From the NCBI GenBank assembly GCA_965203325.1, contig OZ241875.1:1504001-1568000 (forward strand): a stretch of DNA of 64,000 nt, in the 5' to 3' direction. This stretch comes from a bacterium. Lineage in GTDB: Bacteria; UBA8248. The position numbers and the translations under genes were made by a program. Positions 29,866 through 40,779 of this stretch are shown one piece after another; the stretch's first letter is position 1; every line of letters begins with the position of its first letter. The notes under the pieces are model-generated. The model saw nothing but the letters and a program-made list of their open reading frames with translations, searched no databases and had not been told where the DNA came from.

Positions 29866-29976
29866 AAGGGGGCGTCCATGTACGCATATATGCGTCCCCT
29901 ACACAATTCGTATATACCGAACCAAATAAGCCATAAATGTTAGTTAAAAAGGCACGGCAAAGTGTTCTCCACACAC

Positions 29977-30007
29977 AAAAAAACCGGGGGGCCGAAGCCC
30001 CCCGGTT
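29977..30007 (-). terminator. Rho-independent terminator of the porin gene
   Basis: AACCGGGGGGC-TTCG-GCCCCCCGGTT followed by a T-run on the minus strand. Confidence 0.88.
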
Positions 30008-30047
30008 GTCGTCGCGTCAGGTGAGGACGCGAGCGTCCTTCATGCTG

Positions 30048-31295
30048 CTAGAAGATGTGGCGCAGCGTCCAGCCGACCGCCCAGCCGTCGTCGATCTCCG
30101 GGCCATCAACCGCTCTGCCGTAATCGCCGCGCAGGATAACGGCGCCCACACCGCGAAGCTCGAGGTTCGAGTGGATCTTCCACTTGAAGGCGGCGTTGAG
30201 CTCTGTGCCGAATTCCTTCGCGTCCATCGTGTTCGGTGCGAGGGAAGGCTCTGCGGAATTGTAGAGGGATACACCGCCGCCCAGCGTCAGGGTCTTGCTG
30301 ACCTTGAAGTCGGCCAGCCCCTCGATCACGGTCGCGCCGTTCAAGGCGCCCAGGTGCACGCTTCTGATGCCGTTGCCCAGAGTCGTCCAGCGGCGCGAAG
30401 TCATAATGTGGCCGCCGAAGAACCAGCCGGAACCGCCTTCCTGAGGCGTCCTGAACCGGCCGTCCTCACCGGCCCTGGCACCGTCATTGCCGGAGAGCAT
30501 CGTGAGGTTGCCGCTCAGCTTCAGTTTGCCCAGACTCGTGGAAGTCCTCACCAGAACGGCCCAACCCGAGAGCTCATCGCCGGGTTCGCGGGGATCATCG
30601 CTCGAGAGGTCACCTTCCTGGATGACCATAGAACCGTTCACGTTGAGGATGCCTACCTTGGTCTTGACGTGGATGCCGAGGAAGCTGTAGTCGTAGCCGC
30701 CGAGCACCGCGTCCCTGGAGTTGGCCGCCCACGGTGTAACCGTTAGCGTCGGGTTCACCTTGATGCCCACGCCGACGTAGTAATCCGTCTTGTCGTCGTT
30801 TTCGGCGCTGGTATCTTCCTTCGACTTGGTCATGAACGCGCTGAGCGACATGTTCTTGCTGAGCTTACCGTAGATCGCAATGCCCGGTTCACGGGAACGA
30901 CCGCTGCTGTCGTAGATTTCCTTGTCCGGCGAGAAATAGTCCGTCCGGCCCATACGCATGCGGAGCGCGCTGCCCGGAACGGCGAAGTCGATCACCCAGC
31001 GGTTGACGCCGACAGTCTGCCGGCCGGGACCGATTGAGAAGCCGCCGTTCGCGCTTACGAATTCGGGCTCCCACACGGCCGTGACGGCGCCGCTTTTCGC
31101 CGTGAAGCGCGGGCGGATGAGCGCGTCCAGGTAATTACTCTTGTCATTTACGTCATCGTTTCCGTCTTTGTTGACGTTTTCGCTGGATCCGCGCACTCGG
31201 AAGAAGCCGCTGAACTTGAGGTCGGCCGCGTACGAGGGCGCTACAAACGTCGCCAAGAGCGCCAGCGCAAATAGAGTTAACAGAATTTTCCTCAT
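30048..31295 (-). CDS. Outer-membrane beta-barrel protein (porin/alginate-export-like)
   Basis: Signal peptide, alternating amphipathic strands, C-terminal ...WTLRHIF. Confidence 0.75.
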   Translation of the reverse strand: MRKILLTLFALALLATFVAPSYAADLKFSGFFRVRGSSENVNKDGNDDVNDKSNYLDALIRPRFTAKSGAVTAVWEPEFVSANGGFSIGPGRQTVGVNRWVIDFAVPGSALRMRMGRTDYFSPDKEIYDSSGRSREPGIAIYGKLSKNMSLSAFMTKSKEDTSAENDDKTDYYVGVGIKVNPTLTVTPWAANSRDAVLGGYDYSFLGIHVKTKVGILNVNGSMVIQEGDLSSDDPREPGDELSGWAVLVRTSTSLGKLKLSGNLTMLSGNDGARAGEDGRFRTPQEGGSGWFFGGHIMTSRRWTTLGNGIRSVHLGALNGATVIEGLADFKVSKTLTLGGGVSLYNSAEPSLAPNTMDAKEFGTELNAAFKWKIHSNLELRGVGAVILRGDYGRAVDGPEIDDGWAVGWTLRHIF

Positions 31296-31551
31296 GTGTA
31301 TTTCTCCTCATCGAGGTTTCATAAAAAAATGTTGCCGTCTTCCTTCGTGTTCAACATCTTGATTTTGTCAATGTGTCTGCATTCGTGCTTCGTCGTCTGC
31401 AACAGGGCTTCCCGTTCCCGCATCACCCCCTCTCTTCTCTTCCATGTCGCCCCGTACGTCGACAAGGTTCTAACGAGCGAACCGGTTTTTTGCCGCTTAT
31501 GTAGACGATTCCCTGTCTGAGAAAACAATCATTCCATTCCCCGTTTCTCAA

Positions 31552-31581
31552 AGAATAGAGGAAGAAGATTCTTCTTGTCAA
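31552..31581 (-). promoter_or_regulatory. Putative sigma70 promoter of the porin gene with a palindromic spacer
   Basis: TTGACA-N18-TATTCT on the minus strand; AAGAAGA-T-TCTTCTT palindrome at 31562-31576. Confidence 0.5.
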
Positions 31582-31850
31582 CAAACAATCCGAATGGAAA
31601 CCCGAAAATTAGCCCCTACTCGATCCGAATCCCGCGCTTGGCCGTGAGACGGAAGAAAGTATTTAATGATTGTAAAATCAGTCCTTTACGAAAATTCTCG
31701 TGTCATGAATAAGCGGCGCGAGATTCCCCGGCCCGTCCGGCTTCCCCAGGTTCAAGAATTTTTTTTCTTTCGCAGGCCATAAATGTCGCGGAAATACGCC
31801 TTTCGCCTCTGGTAATCCGACCAAGCCCCACACCATTGAAGTAGAGGATT

Positions 31851-33779
31851 CTATTCCCTGATCCTGTAGAAAAAGAGTCGGCTCTTCGCTCCGGCGAACA
31901 GACCCGAACTCGCCGCCGCGACAACGAGATCGTCGTAGCCGTCGTTGTCCGCGTCGCCGAAAGCGAAATCCACGACTCCGCTGCTCAGCTTCCTCGTGCG
32001 CCAGGTTTCGCTCAAGCCGCTTCCGTCCCATATAAGACTTGCAAGCTGGCCACCCGAAATCCCCAGGCCGGGAGCAATGGCGGCGCCGTATTCGTTTTTG
32101 ATCACCAGAACCTCGTCCACACCGTCCCCGTCGACGTCATTAAACAGCACGCGCGAGCGGATGGGGAGATCCGGCACATGATCCCCGTCCCCGGTGCTTT
32201 CAGTATTGGCCTGGGAGAAGAATTTATGGACGGGCACGCCATAGGTTTCAGAACTGGAGAATATCTCCGAGCCGCTTCTGGAAAAAACCCTCAGCCTGTC
32301 GTCTTTCCCGACCTCGATGACTTCCTGCGCGCCGTCCTTGTTGAGGTCCCACAAGCCGAAGCCCAGTATCGTTATATCGGGCGGAAGCGCATAAGGGGCA
32401 GCGGGCGTGAGCTTTCCACCCGACCAGCGGTAGCTGCGGATGGGGCCGTCGAAAGCGCTCTCGATCCCTTCGCTCTGTCCCAGAAGCAGATAGGCTTCCG
32501 AATCGGGAATCTTCTCACCCCTCTTGGGCCGCCGCATCCGTATCAGGCGATAAAAAGTTCTGTCGTTCCGTACTAGGGGCGTGAACTTCCCGCCCTTGAA
32601 CTGCAAGATTATAGAGAACAACTCGTTCGAGCGGTAAGAGGCGAGGTAGAACTCCGGCGCGCCGTCTCCGTTCATGTCGGCGACGTCGAGCCAGCGGAAG
32701 TCGTTCGCCGCCCCCTCGTCGAAGCGTGCGACCTCGCGCATCCGGTTTCCCTCGAAGCGGTTGACGATGACCTGCGTCTGCGTGATGAGCACGACTTCGC
32801 TTTTTCCGTCCCCGTCCACGTCCGCCAGGGACAGCCCCCGGATGGCGACCTTGTCGAACGAGTAGCTTTTTTGGCCGCCTCCTCTATTTGGTACGCCCTC
32901 ACGTGCGAGCACGAAGCTCTCGTTCGCGGGTCCCGCGCGCACACCGTCCCCGCCGCGCCTTAATTCCTGCACCTTGGGCGGGCCCTGCTCGAAGGGCAAC
33001 TCATCCGCAATGGCCACGGCCTTGAAGAGTTCTTCCTTCGTGGTGAGAGATAAAAGACGGGTGGAGAGGATTTTCTTCCCCCGGATTTCGCGGAGTTCGT
33101 TCTCGATCGCCATGTCGCTCCGCACCTGGTTCCGCAGGCGGATGGGGTTCTGATTTTTAAGAATTTCATCGGTGGCGACACCCGTCTCCAGGAGCCATAC
33201 CTGGAGCCTGTCCACGTCGTAGACATCGAAGCGTCCGCTCCTCAGGAGTTGGCGGCTCAGCTCCCTCGTGAGGGTCTCCATGCTGATGGGTTCTTTCGTC
33301 TGGTTCACGAAAGGCAGTATCGCCAGGCGAACCTTCGCGGCGGACATGCGCACCGTGTCCTTGACGCGCGGGGAGAGCCGCCCGCCAGGCGCCAGGCGGA
33401 CCAGACGCGCGATGGAGAATTTCTCCCGCACCTCGACGACCTCGACTTCGCCGATTTCCTCTTCCAGCTTGCCGAGAACGACGCCCGTCGTCGGGTGGCG
33501 AAACGGCGCGCCCTCGCGGTAGACGTTCAGCTTGACGCCCTTCACCACCTCATCCTTCTCTCCGAGGCTCAAGTAAAGATCCGCCCCCCTGACGGCGACC
33601 ACCGCGCCGCGCAGGTTCGGGAATCGCTGGTGCAGCTTTTCGCTGATGAGGCCCAGGGCCTTGCGGTAATCATTCTCCTGGGCATGAACCGAACTGCCGG
33701 ATGCGCAGAGGAGAATCATGAGCGCCGGCAGGACGAGCGACGCCTTCTTGAGGAGGTGAGAGAACATGAAAAACCCCAT
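31851..33779 (-). CDS. Secreted FG-GAP/VCBS repeat protein with N-terminal FlgT-C/CsgG-like domains
   Basis: Signal peptide; HPTTGVVLG, RLAILPF; repeats ADVDGDGKSE, ADMNGDGAPE, DLNKDGAQE, DVDGDGVDE, GDADNDGYDD. Confidence 0.75.
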   Translation of the reverse strand: MGFFMFSHLLKKASLVLPALMILLCASGSSVHAQENDYRKALGLISEKLHQRFPNLRGAVVAVRGADLYLSLGEKDEVVKGVKLNVYREGAPFRHPTTGVVLGKLEEEIGEVEVVEVREKFSIARLVRLAPGGRLSPRVKDTVRMSAAKVRLAILPFVNQTKEPISMETLTRELSRQLLRSGRFDVYDVDRLQVWLLETGVATDEILKNQNPIRLRNQVRSDMAIENELREIRGKKILSTRLLSLTTKEELFKAVAIADELPFEQGPPKVQELRRGGDGVRAGPANESFVLAREGVPNRGGGQKSYSFDKVAIRGLSLADVDGDGKSEVVLITQTQVIVNRFEGNRMREVARFDEGAANDFRWLDVADMNGDGAPEFYLASYRSNELFSIILQFKGGKFTPLVRNDRTFYRLIRMRRPKRGEKIPDSEAYLLLGQSEGIESAFDGPIRSYRWSGGKLTPAAPYALPPDITILGFGLWDLNKDGAQEVIEVGKDDRLRVFSRSGSEIFSSSETYGVPVHKFFSQANTESTGDGDHVPDLPIRSRVLFNDVDGDGVDEVLVIKNEYGAAIAPGLGISGGQLASLIWDGSGLSETWRTRKLSSGVVDFAFGDADNDGYDDLVVAAASSGLFAGAKSRLFFYRIRE

Positions 33780-33989
33780 ATTGGAAATGCGTTCTTAAGA
33801 GACTCCGGCGGCGCCGTTTCCGCTCCGTGACGGAGGATGGCTCTGGATAATCAATCAGCCGTTATATTATCATGATTTCGAAGACAGAATGCCCCCAACA
33901 CCCACAAATATACCGCGTAAGAAGCAGAAAGCAAGTTGAATCCGTCCATGCGGAAAGCCGCTCCGACCCAACGCAGGCCGTGTTTCGCC

Positions 33990-35903
33990 TCAAGGCGCGG
34001 CGAGGCCCAACTCTCTCATCATTTTCGGGTGAAGCGGCGAGCCGAACCTGCCGGCCTCTCTCGCGTGTTTTCGCGCGCCCGTGCGATCGCCTTCCACATA
34101 GAGGGCCAGCGCCAGATTGTGATGGACGCCTCCGTGGCCCGGCTCCAGCCTGAGGGCCGCCCTGAACTGCGCTATCGCCAGCCGCCTCGAACCCGCCTTG
34201 AGGTACAGGGTGCCCAGGTTGAATCGCGCCTCCACCAGCGAGGGTTTGAGGCTTATCGCGCGCTCGAAACGGGGTCTGGCCAGATCGCCGCGACCGGCGC
34301 CCATATACAGCACTCCCAGGGCCAGGTGCGCCTCGGCGTTCTCATCGTTCAGACGCAGGGCGCGCTGCAAGGAAGTTTCGGCGGCGGCCGGGTCGCCGCT
34401 TTGCATCTGCGCTATCCCCAAATCCACCCAGGCGTAATCGTAGACGGGATAGATCTCGACGGATTTCTCGAGCGGCGCAATGGCTTCGCGGAACCTGTTC
34501 CGGTCGATCAGGGCCTGCCCGTACACCCGGAGCGCGCGCGCGCTTTTGGGCGATACCTCCGCCATTCGCCGCCAGAAACGAAGCGCATCGCCCCACTCGT
34601 GGTTTCGCTTTATCGTCAGCGCCCCGAAGGTCAGGCATGCGACTACGAGCAGCGCCGCGCCGACCCGCCAGTCCCTTTGGTTGAGCCAGACGCCCGCTGT
34701 GGGAACGAGGGCGATCAGGAAGCCGGCCGAGGGGATATACAGCACCCGCTCCGCCATGATGGTGCCCATGGGGATTAGCAGGTTGCTCACGGGCAGATAC
34801 GCGCCGATGAAAACGACGAGCCCGAAGGCGATCCACGGCATGTCTTTCCTCAGGCGCCAGGAGGCGTACCCCCACGCCAGAGAGCCCAGTGTCCCAGCCA
34901 GCATCCAAAGCGCGGCCTCAGTCCCCTCCACAGGAATCTGCGCGAAGGAATAATCCATGCTCAAAGGCCACGGCCAGACCAGTAACTTGAAATAGCGGCC
35001 CAGTACGCCGACCGCGCCCAGGATACGTTCGCCGGCCGGCATCAGCGCCAGGACGTTGTCGAGTTTCGACGGGGGATAGGGGCGCGCCAGCATGCCCAGT
35101 GCGGCGTATCGCATCCACACGTAGACGATGAGCACGAGGACGAGCGCGCAGACGGCGGTGAGCGTGTGCTTGAGAGGCGGGCGCTCGGTCTTTCCCAATA
35201 CACAGCGGCTCCAGAGCCACCATAAAAGGGCGCTGAACAGCAGGGCGACGCCGATTTCCTTGGACAAAAGCGCAAAAAGGCAAAGCGCGCATGTGAGGCC
35301 GACGGGCGTGAGCACTCCTCGATAAGAGAGGCCTCCTTCGCCTCCCCTCTCGTGGATCCCCTCCGCAACGCCTGGTTTCGTCCCCGGAAGCGCGACGCCC
35401 ACCAGGAGGCCCAATCCCCCGAACACGCCGGCGGCGGCCATCAGGTCGGCGCGCGCGACGACGGCGTTCACCGCCTCGGTATGCACCGGATGAAGGGCGA
35501 ACAGCAGGGCGCCAGCTCCCGCCGCGCCGCGCGAAAGCCCGAAACGCATGCACAGCCAGAACAGCGCGAGCGAGGCGAGGGCATGAAACAAGGCGTTGGC
35601 GATTCTGTAACCCAAAGGGTTCAGGCCGCCCGCGGCGTGGTTCAGCGCAAAAGAGACGATGGTGAGGGGCCGGTAGAGGCGGTCTCTTCTCTCGTTCGTC
35701 TCTATCACGGCCCAGTAGTCGCGCTGAAAGGCTTCCAGAATGCGGCCGCTCTCGCGAACCAGGGGATTCTCGCCGATGATGGCGATGTCGTCGTGCAGAA
35801 ACGGGTTCGTAAACGCGCCCGCGAAGATGAAAAACGCGGCGCCGGCGATGGCGCAGGCCCAACCCCATTTCACGAGCGACCCCATTCGTCCTGTCTCATC
35901 CAT
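33990..35903 (-). CDS. TMTC-like membrane glycosyltransferase (GT-C) with TPR repeats
   Basis: FLHDD, YRPLT, FALHPVHTEAV, LLSKE, WPLSMDY, MAERVLYIPS, C-terminal TPRs. Start uncertain. Confidence 0.82.
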   Translation of the reverse strand: MDETGRMGSLVKWGWACAIAGAAFFIFAGAFTNPFLHDDIAIIGENPLVRESGRILEAFQRDYWAVIETNERRDRLYRPLTIVSFALNHAAGGLNPLGYRIANALFHALASLALFWLCMRFGLSRGAAGAGALLFALHPVHTEAVNAVVARADLMAAAGVFGGLGLLVGVALPGTKPGVAEGIHERGGEGGLSYRGVLTPVGLTCALCLFALLSKEIGVALLFSALLWWLWSRCVLGKTERPPLKHTLTAVCALVLVLIVYVWMRYAALGMLARPYPPSKLDNVLALMPAGERILGAVGVLGRYFKLLVWPWPLSMDYSFAQIPVEGTEAALWMLAGTLGSLAWGYASWRLRKDMPWIAFGLVVFIGAYLPVSNLLIPMGTIMAERVLYIPSAGFLIALVPTAGVWLNQRDWRVGAALLVVACLTFGALTIKRNHEWGDALRFWRRMAEVSPKSARALRVYGQALIDRNRFREAIAPLEKSVEIYPVYDYAWVDLGIAQMQSGDPAAAETSLQRALRLNDENAEAHLALGVLYMGAGRGDLARPRFERAISLKPSLVEARFNLGTLYLKAGSRRLAIAQFRAALRLEPGHGGVHHNLALALYVEGDRTGARKHAREAGRFGSPLHPKMMRELGLAAP

Positions 35904-36147
35904 CGCCCGAACTGCCGAGCGTTTCTCCAATGCGCCGTCAACCGCCTGAAAAAGAACGGTATCCGCATGAAAAGACTCCCGATGTCACGGCCCGGCCCCA
36001 GTAATTTCAAAAACATCCGAATCATTGAGCCGCCATCATGACAACAAAACTTCCGCCCCGCCACCGGAAACCTCGATAAAATCGCCCTCCTCGTCCGCTT
36101 TTCCTTTTGACTCCCGGCGTAACGACTGATAGTCTTTGAACTTGCAA

Positions 36148-38126
<1,979 letters not shown>

Positions 38127-38152
38127 GCCGTCCGCAGCCGACTCGCCTCATC

Positions 38153-38191
38153 AAACCCCGCTCGGGCCGACGCCCGGGCGGGGTTTTTCTT
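38153..38191 (+). terminator. Rho-independent terminator of thiC
   Basis: AAACCCCGCTCGGGC-CGAC-GCCCGGGCGGGGTTTTTCTT. Confidence 0.85.
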
Positions 38192-38272
38192 ATGGCTCGA
38201 TAACCACCACAAGACTTTGACACGGGATTGATGATAGATTCCTCTTATCGTACCAAGTCGATGGGAGCCGCC

Positions 38273-39331
38273 ATGACGCTGAGAATGGGTGTGTGGGCGC
38301 CCGTGTGGGGCACGTTTCTGGGGCGGGTCGAAAAACCCGAGACAGTGAAAGAGGCCTCATTCGCGCACAATGCGCGCTATATCCAGCGCGCCGAGGAGTT
38401 GGGATTCGAGAGCACCCTGTTGCTCGACAGGAGCCTCAACAGCATCAAGGGCGTGGGCGCGCCGGTTCTCGAAGCCTGGATAACGGCGGCGGCGCTGGCA
38501 CCCATTACGAAGAAAATCGAACTCATCATCGCCGCCAAGAGCGCCTACCGCCACCCTTCGCTCGTCGCCCAGATGGGGGCGAACATCGACTGCATCAGCG
38601 GGGGGCGCTTCGCCATCAACATCGTCTCGGGCTGGTGGGCGCTGGAAAACGAGATGGCGGGCATCCCCTTCCCGCCGCACGATGAGCGCTACGATCTATC
38701 CGAAGAGGTCATGCACATCCTCAAATCCTACTGGACGAAGGAGCGCTTCAGCTTCAAGGGCAGGTATTTCCAGATAACAGACGGCGTCACCGCGCCCAAA
38801 CCCGTCCGAAAGCCCTGGCCCACGTTTTATTTCGGGGGCGAATCCACCGCCGCCGTGAAGCTGGCGGGCAAGGCGGCGGACGTTTTCCTGTTCAACGGCC
38901 GTTCGCTCGCGGACGCGAAGGAGTTGATGGCCGCCGTGAACCAGGAAGCGGAAGCAAACGACAGATCCATCCGCCACGGGATGAGCTCGTTCATCGTCTG
39001 CCGCGACACAGACGAGGAGGCCCGGGCGGAACTCGATCGCCTTTTCTCGCTCATCACCGAACCGCCCAAGCTGAAGAGAGTCGACAGGGCCGCCCAGCAC
39101 AGGAAAACGAGCGGGAAGGCCGGCGGCGTCGGCTCGAACGGCGGCACGGCGACGGGCCTCGTCGGCTCGCCTGAGACCATCGCCGAGCGCATCATGGCGT
39201 TTCACGAGGCGGGCGTGGAGTTGTTCCTGCTCCAGTTCCATCCCATGTTCGAGGAGATGGAGCGCTTCGCCTCGGAGGTCATGCCGCTTCTGCCCCTGGG
39301 CGAGAAAGCGCCCGAGGCGGCGAGAGCCTAG
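38273..39331 (+). CDS. LLM-class flavin-dependent monooxygenase (SsuD/SfnG-like)
   Basis: AEELGF, LEAWITAAALA, ISGGRFAINIVSGW, FGGES, LVGSPETIAERI, FASEVMP. Confidence 0.85.
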   Translation: MTLRMGVWAPVWGTFLGRVEKPETVKEASFAHNARYIQRAEELGFESTLLLDRSLNSIKGVGAPVLEAWITAAALAPITKKIELIIAAKSAYRHPSLVAQMGANIDCISGGRFAINIVSGWWALENEMAGIPFPPHDERYDLSEEVMHILKSYWTKERFSFKGRYFQITDGVTAPKPVRKPWPTFYFGGESTAAVKLAGKAADVFLFNGRSLADAKELMAAVNQEAEANDRSIRHGMSSFIVCRDTDEEARAELDRLFSLITEPPKLKRVDRAAQHRKTSGKAGGVGSNGGTATGLVGSPETIAERIMAFHEAGVELFLLQFHPMFEEMERFASEVMPLLPLGEKAPEAARA

Positions 39332-39338
39332 GCCGCGC

Positions 39339-39806
39339 TCACTCCAGCGATACGCGCGCGCCCAGCCCGAAGCCGTTTCTCAGGAACCAGCCCTGGTTCA
39401 CCTCCAGCACCCGGCGGACCTTGTGGCGGGAGGTGTAGGAGGGAATCCGCGTCCCCGGCTTGTGGGGCTGTAAGTGTATGATTTCCAACACTTCTCCGCT
39501 CTTGTCGATGAAGGCGAGCGAGAGCGGAATCCGCGTGTTCTTCATCCAGAAAAACCGCCGCGCATCATCATCGTAGACGAAGAGCATCCCGGCGTTCTCC
39601 GCCAGCCGCTCCCGGCCCATGAGGCCCTGCGCGCGGGCTTTGGGGGTATTTGCGATCTCGACCGAAAGCGTCGCCTCGCGCCCGTTCTGGGTGATGCGCA
39701 CCACGCCGCGCTCGAAGGTCTGGGCGGCGGCGGATGAGGGCGCGAGCAGGCCCCAGGCGAGGAGCAAGGCGCAGGCGGCGAGACCCCCGAAAACCCTCCG
39801 TTTCAC
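39339..39806 (-). CDS. DUF192 domain exported protein
   Basis: VEIANTPKARAQGLMGR, GMLFVY, FWMKNTRIPLSLAFID, VLEVNQG; GTG start with GAGG RBS. Confidence 0.88.
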   Translation of the reverse strand: MKRRVFGGLAACALLLAWGLLAPSSAAAQTFERGVVRITQNGREATLSVEIANTPKARAQGLMGRERLAENAGMLFVYDDDARRFFWMKNTRIPLSLAFIDKSGEVLEIIHLQPHKPGTRIPSYTSRHKVRRVLEVNQGWFLRNGFGLGARVSLE

Positions 39807-40054
39807 GTATAACCTCAAATAAATCAAATGGATAAATTTTCACTTATTTTCACGAAAACATCGTGAATTTATCGAATTTTTCACTATTTTTCAGCAATTC
39901 GTTTTTCGGGGAAACGTTTTTCGCGCACCGCCACCATACCCGACCCGAACCCCCGCCGCCACGGGCAAATGCGGGAAATTGCGTGATCAACCCCGACCGA
40001 TGAGGGGTCGAACCCGATTGATGAATGAGGGTTCGCCGCGACCGATGAAGGATC

Positions 40055-40207
40055 GATTGCTCCCGGATGACCACCGCGCCCGTTCGCATCAAAACCCGTT
40101 CGGTGAGAAAATACGGTTCAAGTCTCATGGCGCTTGCACCGAGTCCGGTAGAAGCGCCTGAATTTCCGGGCGGGTATCCTGACTCGATCGCACATCGAGG
40201 GAGCATC
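40055..40207 (-). ncRNA. Candidate 6S (SsrS)-like RNA
   Basis: Ends pair (GATGCTCCCTCGATG with CATCCGGGAGCAATC). Contains CTTGAACC...GGGTT and a 3' GCGGTGGTCATC, which resemble 6S RNA segments. Short (~153 nt) and not in the usual gene context. Confidence 0.45.
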
Positions 40208-40274
40208 TAACGGCAAACGGCGGGCGCGCCCGGACGCCGCGCCTTTCATCCGAGTTGAGCCTGGAGGGATTACA

Positions 40275-40742
40275 ATGGCCGAAGATCATCATCACTTCAT
40301 GGGATTGACGCTCGAGGAGTCGCGTCTTGCGCTTGAGGCGGGGAACTCCCCCGTCGGCTCCATCATCGTCAGGGACGGCGAAATCATCGGCAGGGGGCAG
40401 AACCGCGTCATCTCCCACAACGACCCCACCTGCCACGGCGAGACCGACGCCATCCGGAACGCGTGCAGCGCGCTGGGCACGCCCGACCTCTCCGGCGCCA
40501 CGCTCTACACGGCGATGGAGCCCTGCCCGATGTGCTGCTGGTCCATCGTCCTGGCGAAGGTCGAAACGCTCGTCCTGGGCGCGCGCCACGCCGAGATGGG
40601 ACGAACCGACTACGGGGACTATTCCGTCGAGAAACTCCTGGAGATGGGGAACCAGACGATTCGTATCGTCACCGGGGTCCGGGTCGCCGAATGCGAGGCC
40701 TTGAGGCGCAGCTGGTCGGGCTGGGTGGAGCCCGGAGCGTAG
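40275..40742 (+). CDS. Zn-dependent nucleoside/nucleobase deaminase (TadA/guanine deaminase-like)
   Basis: PVGSIIV, HGETDAIR, LYTAMEPCPMC. Confidence 0.88.
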   Translation: MAEDHHHFMGLTLEESRLALEAGNSPVGSIIVRDGEIIGRGQNRVISHNDPTCHGETDAIRNACSALGTPDLSGATLYTAMEPCPMCCWSIVLAKVETLVLGARHAEMGRTDYGDYSVEKLLEMGNQTIRIVTGVRVAECEALRRSWSGWVEPGA

Positions 40743-40779
40743 CCCTCGGTCGTCGAGCCAAATAGAGGAGAAAGAATTC

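Larger units (their letters stand above)
28510..29884 (+). mobile_element. IS110-family insertion sequence, IS1111 subgroup, inserted into a REP
   Basis: Sub-terminal IRs ATGGACGCCTCCTT (28515-28528) and AAGGGGGCGTCCAT (29866-29879), 13/14 match. Removing the element restores the perfect palindrome GGGACGCATATATGCGTCCC-TAC, with an ACG core at both ends. Confidence 0.92.

Noticed and set aside
39995..40048. Hammerhead ribozyme suggested by CCGATGA/TTGATGA
   Set aside because: The core is not CTGANGA, and no correctly placed GAAA or stem arrangement is present.
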